NCBI GenBank assembly: GCA_041739295.1
Contig: JBGSOE010000441.1
Coordinates: 123 to 64,122, forward strand
DNA length: 64,000 nucleotides
Source: Thiohalobacterales bacterium
GTDB taxonomy: Bacteria; Pseudomonadota; Gammaproteobacteria; Thiohalobacterales; Thiohalobacteraceae
Direction: 5' to 3'
Part shown: positions 60,752-64,000 of the stretch, piece by piece
How the letters are laid out: each line of letters starts with the position of its first letter
How positions within the stretch are numbered: position 1 is the stretch's first letter
The notes under the pieces: model-generated
What the model was told of the DNA's origin: nothing
Databases searched by the model: none
Seen by the model: the letters and a program-made list of their open reading frames with translations, nothing else
Translations under genes and position numbers: made by a program

Positions 60752-61322
60752 ATGGCAGATCAGGTGGGTATCGCTGTATTGCGCGCTGGTTGGGATGATC
60801 GCTATCGCGACGCACCGCTGGATATACCCGTGCCAGCTGCGGTATTGCGCGACTATGTGTATCTGCTACCGCCACGGGGACCCGCCTTGGATCTTGCTTG
60901 CGCAGCAGTGTTTACGCATTGATGCTTGGGATCTCTCGCCGGTAGTTATCACGCAGCTCCAAACGCTGGTAATCCAACAGCAATTGAATGTGACCACTAC
61001 GGTGCGCGACGTTGTGACGCAGCCGCCCTTGGCGATGAGCTATGATGTCATCACCGTTAGTTATTTTCTGGAGCGTGCCTTGGCGCCGGCATTGATGGCG
61101 GCCTTGCGTCCGGGCGGATTGCTGTTTTATCAGACATTCGGTCCAGAACGTATTGACGATCGTGGGCCGCGGAATCCGGTCTATCGTTTGGATGTGGGTG
61201 AGTTGCTACGGTTGTCCGCGGATCTTACGCCTTGTCTCTATCGTGAAGAGCATCGCGGGGGTGATCTGCAACAGGGATTGCGTGGGGAGGTCATGCTCGT
61301 TGGCGTGCGCCCTCCTCTGTAA
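60752..61322 (+). pseudogene. Class I SAM-dependent methyltransferase disrupted by a short out-of-frame deletion in motif I
   Basis: The N-terminal frame ends ...PALDLAC-AAVFTH-stop (60920-60922). The remainder (LAQQCLRIDAWDLSPVV ... YDVITVSYFL ... LRPGGLLF) continues in another frame. The GxGxG loop between LDLAC and LAQQ is missing. Confidence 0.7.
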
Positions 61323-61340
61323 ATTCAAAGGATTTATGAA

Positions 61341-61667
61341 ATGAGCATTATCGACAACTTCGAGAAGATGTTGGCTGGCGGTACGGACAACGCGCTGCTC
61401 CGTTACGGTCTGGGTAACGAATATATTAAGATCGGCGACGCGTTGGCCGCCGTGCGACATCTGCGCCATGCGGTCGAACATGATCGCGCGTACTCCGCGG
61501 CCTGGAAGCTACTGGGCAAGGCGTTGACTGAACAGGGTGATGCCATGGCGGCCATGCAGGCGTACACAACCGGTATAGAAGTGGCGGAACAAAAAGGCGA
61601 TAAACAGGCGGCCAAAGAGATGCAGGTGTTTTTGCGTCGGCTGGAGAAGGCACAACCATCCACTTAG
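61341..61667 (+). CDS. Small TPR-repeat protein
   Basis: 108 aa. ALLRYGLGNEYIKIGDALAAVRHLRHAVEHDRAYSAAWKLLGKAL has TPR-like periodicity. Confidence 0.75.
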   Translation: MSIIDNFEKMLAGGTDNALLRYGLGNEYIKIGDALAAVRHLRHAVEHDRAYSAAWKLLGKALTEQGDAMAAMQAYTTGIEVAEQKGDKQAAKEMQVFLRRLEKAQPST

Positions 61668-61737
61668 GATATCGGTCTGATGGACTAGATTCGCGGCACC
61701 GACGGGCCATCTGGATCACGAATACTTTAGCGCATTC

Positions 61738-62628
61738 CTAATAAATCTTGGGCTCACCCACTGGCCGCGTTCGGAAGCGACGGTAGCTCCATTGATACTG
61801 TTCCGGGCATAGGCGCACACAGGCCTCGATGCCCGCATTCATTGCTGTTGCCGCAATCGTGGCATCTGCGTCATCAATGCCAGCGGGTGCCGGGAGGCAA
61901 TGTAGTTGATAGCCCTGTGTCCCAGGCAGCCGCTCACAAAAACAAATGAACACGGGCGCGCCTGTTTTACGTGCGAGCCTGCTGAGGAGGACCATGCTGT
62001 TTGCGGGTATGCCAAAAAAAGGCGCGAAGGTGCCACCGCTTTGCCCAGGGTCTTGATCGGGCAGGATGCCAATTACATCGCCATGTGAAAGCGCTTCATA
62101 GAGATTGCGTATGCCCTTGGCGTCCGTGGCGACTAGCCGTGCCCCCAGCCGTTCCCTACCTCGCCGGATCAGGTGATCTAATCCAGCGAGACGTGGAAGT
62201 TTGTAGAGAGACGTGATTCCCCAGCGGTCGGCGGCGATATGCCCCGCCATCTCCCAACTGCCGTGATGCGGCGTGGCGACGATCACGCCCCGCCCCGCCT
62301 GTATGGCGGCTTTGACGGCCGCTTCGCCATTTACGGGCTCAACGATCATTGCCTGGATTTTGGTTGGAGGCCATAGCCACATGGGGCCTGCCTCCAGGAG
62401 AGTTTTTGCTGTCTCAATCAAACTGAGGCGAACCAGGCGCTGGTGTTCTTGCGGTGATAATTCCGGTAGGCACAGGCGCAGATTGATTTCACTGATCCGC
62501 CGGAAAGAGTTGGGTGTGTGGGCCAATAGCTGGCCGATCAGGGTTGCCAGACGCCGATTCCAGCTCAAGGGCAAGACGGCAAACAACTTCAATAGGCTAG
62601 CTATCAAGCGTACGCGCATAAAGAGCAC
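61738..62628 (-). CDS. LpxL/HtrB-family lipid A (lyso-phospholipid) acyltransferase
   Basis: 296 aa with an N-terminal TM. HHGSWE (HX4D/E-type acyltransferase motif) and ILPDQD. Confidence 0.85.
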   Translation of the reverse strand: MLFMRVRLIASLLKLFAVLPLSWNRRLATLIGQLLAHTPNSFRRISEINLRLCLPELSPQEHQRLVRLSLIETAKTLLEAGPMWLWPPTKIQAMIVEPVNGEAAVKAAIQAGRGVIVATPHHGSWEMAGHIAADRWGITSLYKLPRLAGLDHLIRRGRERLGARLVATDAKGIRNLYEALSHGDVIGILPDQDPGQSGGTFAPFFGIPANSMVLLSRLARKTGAPVFICFCERLPGTQGYQLHCLPAPAGIDDADATIAATAMNAGIEACVRLCPEQYQWSYRRFRTRPVGEPKIY

Positions 62629-62771
62629 ACTCGATAGGCTGGAGGACTATTTTTTGGGTTAAACCCAATTATTGGCTGCATATTTGTCTATATATTACAG
62701 TAATTCCCACATCGCCAAAAATAATCAGCCCAATATTGGTGGAAGAACAGATATTTCGCGTCACGAGATCA

Positions 62772-63572
62772 TTATCTAGCGACAGACTTGCGTTTCGGCG
62801 CCGTACTTGGGTGTTCATGGATATTTTTTGCTAAATTATCACTCATAAGTGGGCGCATGCTAGACAATATTGTCTTAAATAGGATTTTGTTGTGGGATTC
62901 TTCGCGCTCTAAGAGCGATTTCATATGCGCCCGCTGGGTTGGCATGCGGAAACAGGCCGGGCAGTTGTCTCGGATCACCGGCAATCCGCCAGTCTCGCTG
63001 AAGGCGCGCAATTGTCGCTCACGGACATAAACCAGGGGTCGGATAACCCGCACATCGCCAGCGTCATTCAGATAGTGTGCCTTCATGGTTTGCAGGCGCC
63101 CCTCGTGAAAAGCCGACATTAGAAAGCTTTCTGCCAGGTCATCCAGATGTTGGCCTAGGGCGAGTACGTTGTATCCCTGTTGGCGGGCCGTGTGGTACAT
63201 CACACCGCGTTTCATGCGCGAGCACCAGCTGCAGTATGACGGATTCTTCAGATGCGATTTGGCGCGCATCATGATCGGTTCGCGGATGAAGTGGTAGGGA
63301 ACGCCAAGTGCTGCTAGATAGCCTTGTAGGGGCGATGGATCGAAACCCTCTACCATAGGATCGACAGTGATTGCACCCAACTCAAACTGAATCGGTGCGT
63401 GACGCTGCAGGTGGCGTAGGATATGCAATAGTGAGAGCGAGTCCTTGCCACCGGAAATACCCAGTAAAATACGATCGCCGGCACGAATCATGGCGTAATC
63501 GCCAATTGCACGACCGACCGGGCGGAGTAACGCCTTGGGTGGGCGTAATACGGTGCTTGTCTGAGCTTTCAT
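62772..63572 (-). CDS. ttcA: tRNA 2-thiocytidine biosynthesis protein TtcA
   Basis: The internal ATG at 63572 gives MKAQTST.... PP-loop SGGKDS plus CSWC and CPAC Cys pairs. The 123-codon upstream extension of the ORF has no TtcA similarity. Confidence 0.9.
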   Translation of the reverse strand: MKAQTSTVLRPPKALLRPVGRAIGDYAMIRAGDRILLGISGGKDSLSLLHILRHLQRHAPIQFELGAITVDPMVEGFDPSPLQGYLAALGVPYHFIREPIMMRAKSHLKNPSYCSWCSRMKRGVMYHTARQQGYNVLALGQHLDDLAESFLMSAFHEGRLQTMKAHYLNDAGDVRVIRPLVYVRERQLRAFSETGGLPVIRDNCPACFRMPTQRAHMKSLLEREESHNKILFKTILSSMRPLMSDNLAKNIHEHPSTAPKRKSVAR

Positions 63573-63749
63573 GGCGAAACCCACTGGACCCTGGTTCGGC
63601 ATGCATGATGCCGCGTACACTCTGATCTGCAAAGTCTTAAGAGCCTCTGATAAATTCTGTCTAGCGGGCAACTTCCCCTTCAGTATATTAATTTGAGGCT
63701 CTCTAACTATACTGACACCCAAGTGACAATAGGGAAGGGAGATATCAGC

Positions 63750-64000
63750 GTGAGCGATTTGCATGTGCAAGGAATTTCGCCAACGCAGGCGTGGGAGTTT
63801 CTCCAGAAAACGCCGCGTGCACTCCTGATAGATGTGCGTTCCAACATGGAATTTCTGTTCGTGGGACATCCCACTGGTGCGGTTCATGTCCCCTGGATTG
63901 ATGAACCCGATTGGCAGGTCAATCCACATTTTGTTGTGCAAATACGCCAGCTGGTGTTGGGTGGTGTGTGCGGTGCTGATGGTGATTTCAGTTGCGCCCC
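63750..64000 (+). CDS. Rhodanese-like domain protein (5' part; runs off the window)
   Basis: GTG at 63750 preceded by GGGAAGGGAG. My translation is VSDLHVQGISPTQAWEFLQKTPRALLIDVRSNMEFLFVGHPTGAVHVPW..., typical of single-domain rhodaneses. Confidence 0.6.
   Translation, partial: MSDLHVQGISPTQAWEFLQKTPRALLIDVRSNMEFLFVGHPTGAVHVPWIDEPDWQVNPHFVVQIRQLVLGGVCGADGDFSCA

Noticed and set aside
63573-63941. 123-codon N-terminal extension of the ttcA ORF, and similar extensions of aroE (36189-36359), ubiD, prlC, trkA and smg.
   Set aside because: The extensions lack similarity to the respective families. They overlap neighbouring genes or intergenic AT-rich DNA, and canonical N-termini begin at internal ATGs. 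They are artefacts of longest-ORF calling.

Overview
This is a GC-rich chromosomal segment whose gene order looks gammaproteobacterial (Pseudomonas- and E. coli-like synteny blocks). GC content was judged by eye, not computed. About 60 protein genes can be supported, and nearly all are housekeeping.

Gene blocks, in window order:
- DUF971-hslU-hslV (minus strand).
- xerC-DUF484-dapF, then CoA-binding protein, methyltransferase, lysA and lptM (minus strand).
- An esterase, then a dihaem cytochrome c-DUF302 fusion plus a second DUF302 protein.
- cyaA, a PAS-degenerate GGDEF protein and a MazG-like protein.
- A cupredoxin-like protein plus a GGDEF-EAL sensor.
- argH, divergent from algZ/algR-like genes and hemCDXY.
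- A ferredoxin-FNR reductase, an SDR, ubiD, prlC, gor, a gamma-carbonic anhydrase-like protein, an RRM protein, aroE and hemB.
- An MlaC-like protein and a BASS transporter.
- hemF-oxyR-rubrerythrin-rubredoxin-rubredoxin reductase.
- A GGDEF protein, then tsaC-topA-smg-dprA-LysM, divergent from def-fmt-rsmB-DUF4390-sensor kinase-AAA+ response regulator-trkA.
- A TPR protein, an LpxL-family acyltransferase, ttcA and a partial rhodanese.

I see no rRNA, tRNA, CRISPR array, prophage, integrase island or recognisable defence system. I did not find a convincing novel multi-gene protein system.

What stands out is mostly non-coding or degenerative:
1. A MITE-like element with 17-nt terminal inverted repeats flanked by TA. 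There are two full copies and one truncated copy, and one copy sits inside another repeat.
2. Several long intergenic palindromes whose arms are built from tandem 5-10-nt units. Two of them lie inside the hslVU operon, and one is a ~260-bp nested palindrome between convergent genes.
3. Local gene decay: trkH is reduced to a multiply frameshifted, internally deleted remnant beside an intact trkA. The adjacent SAM methyltransferase has lost its motif I. argH has a 1-nt shift in a homopolymer at codon 12.
4. A 55-aa rubredoxin gene that is absent from the ORF track, within a putative OxyR-controlled rubrerythrin operon that has a good OxyR-type operator.
5. A rod-like structured RNA candidate with 6S-RNA-like core motifs, in a 450-bp gap, followed by tandem terminators.

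All family assignments come from reading the translations and from remembered family signatures. No database search was run.
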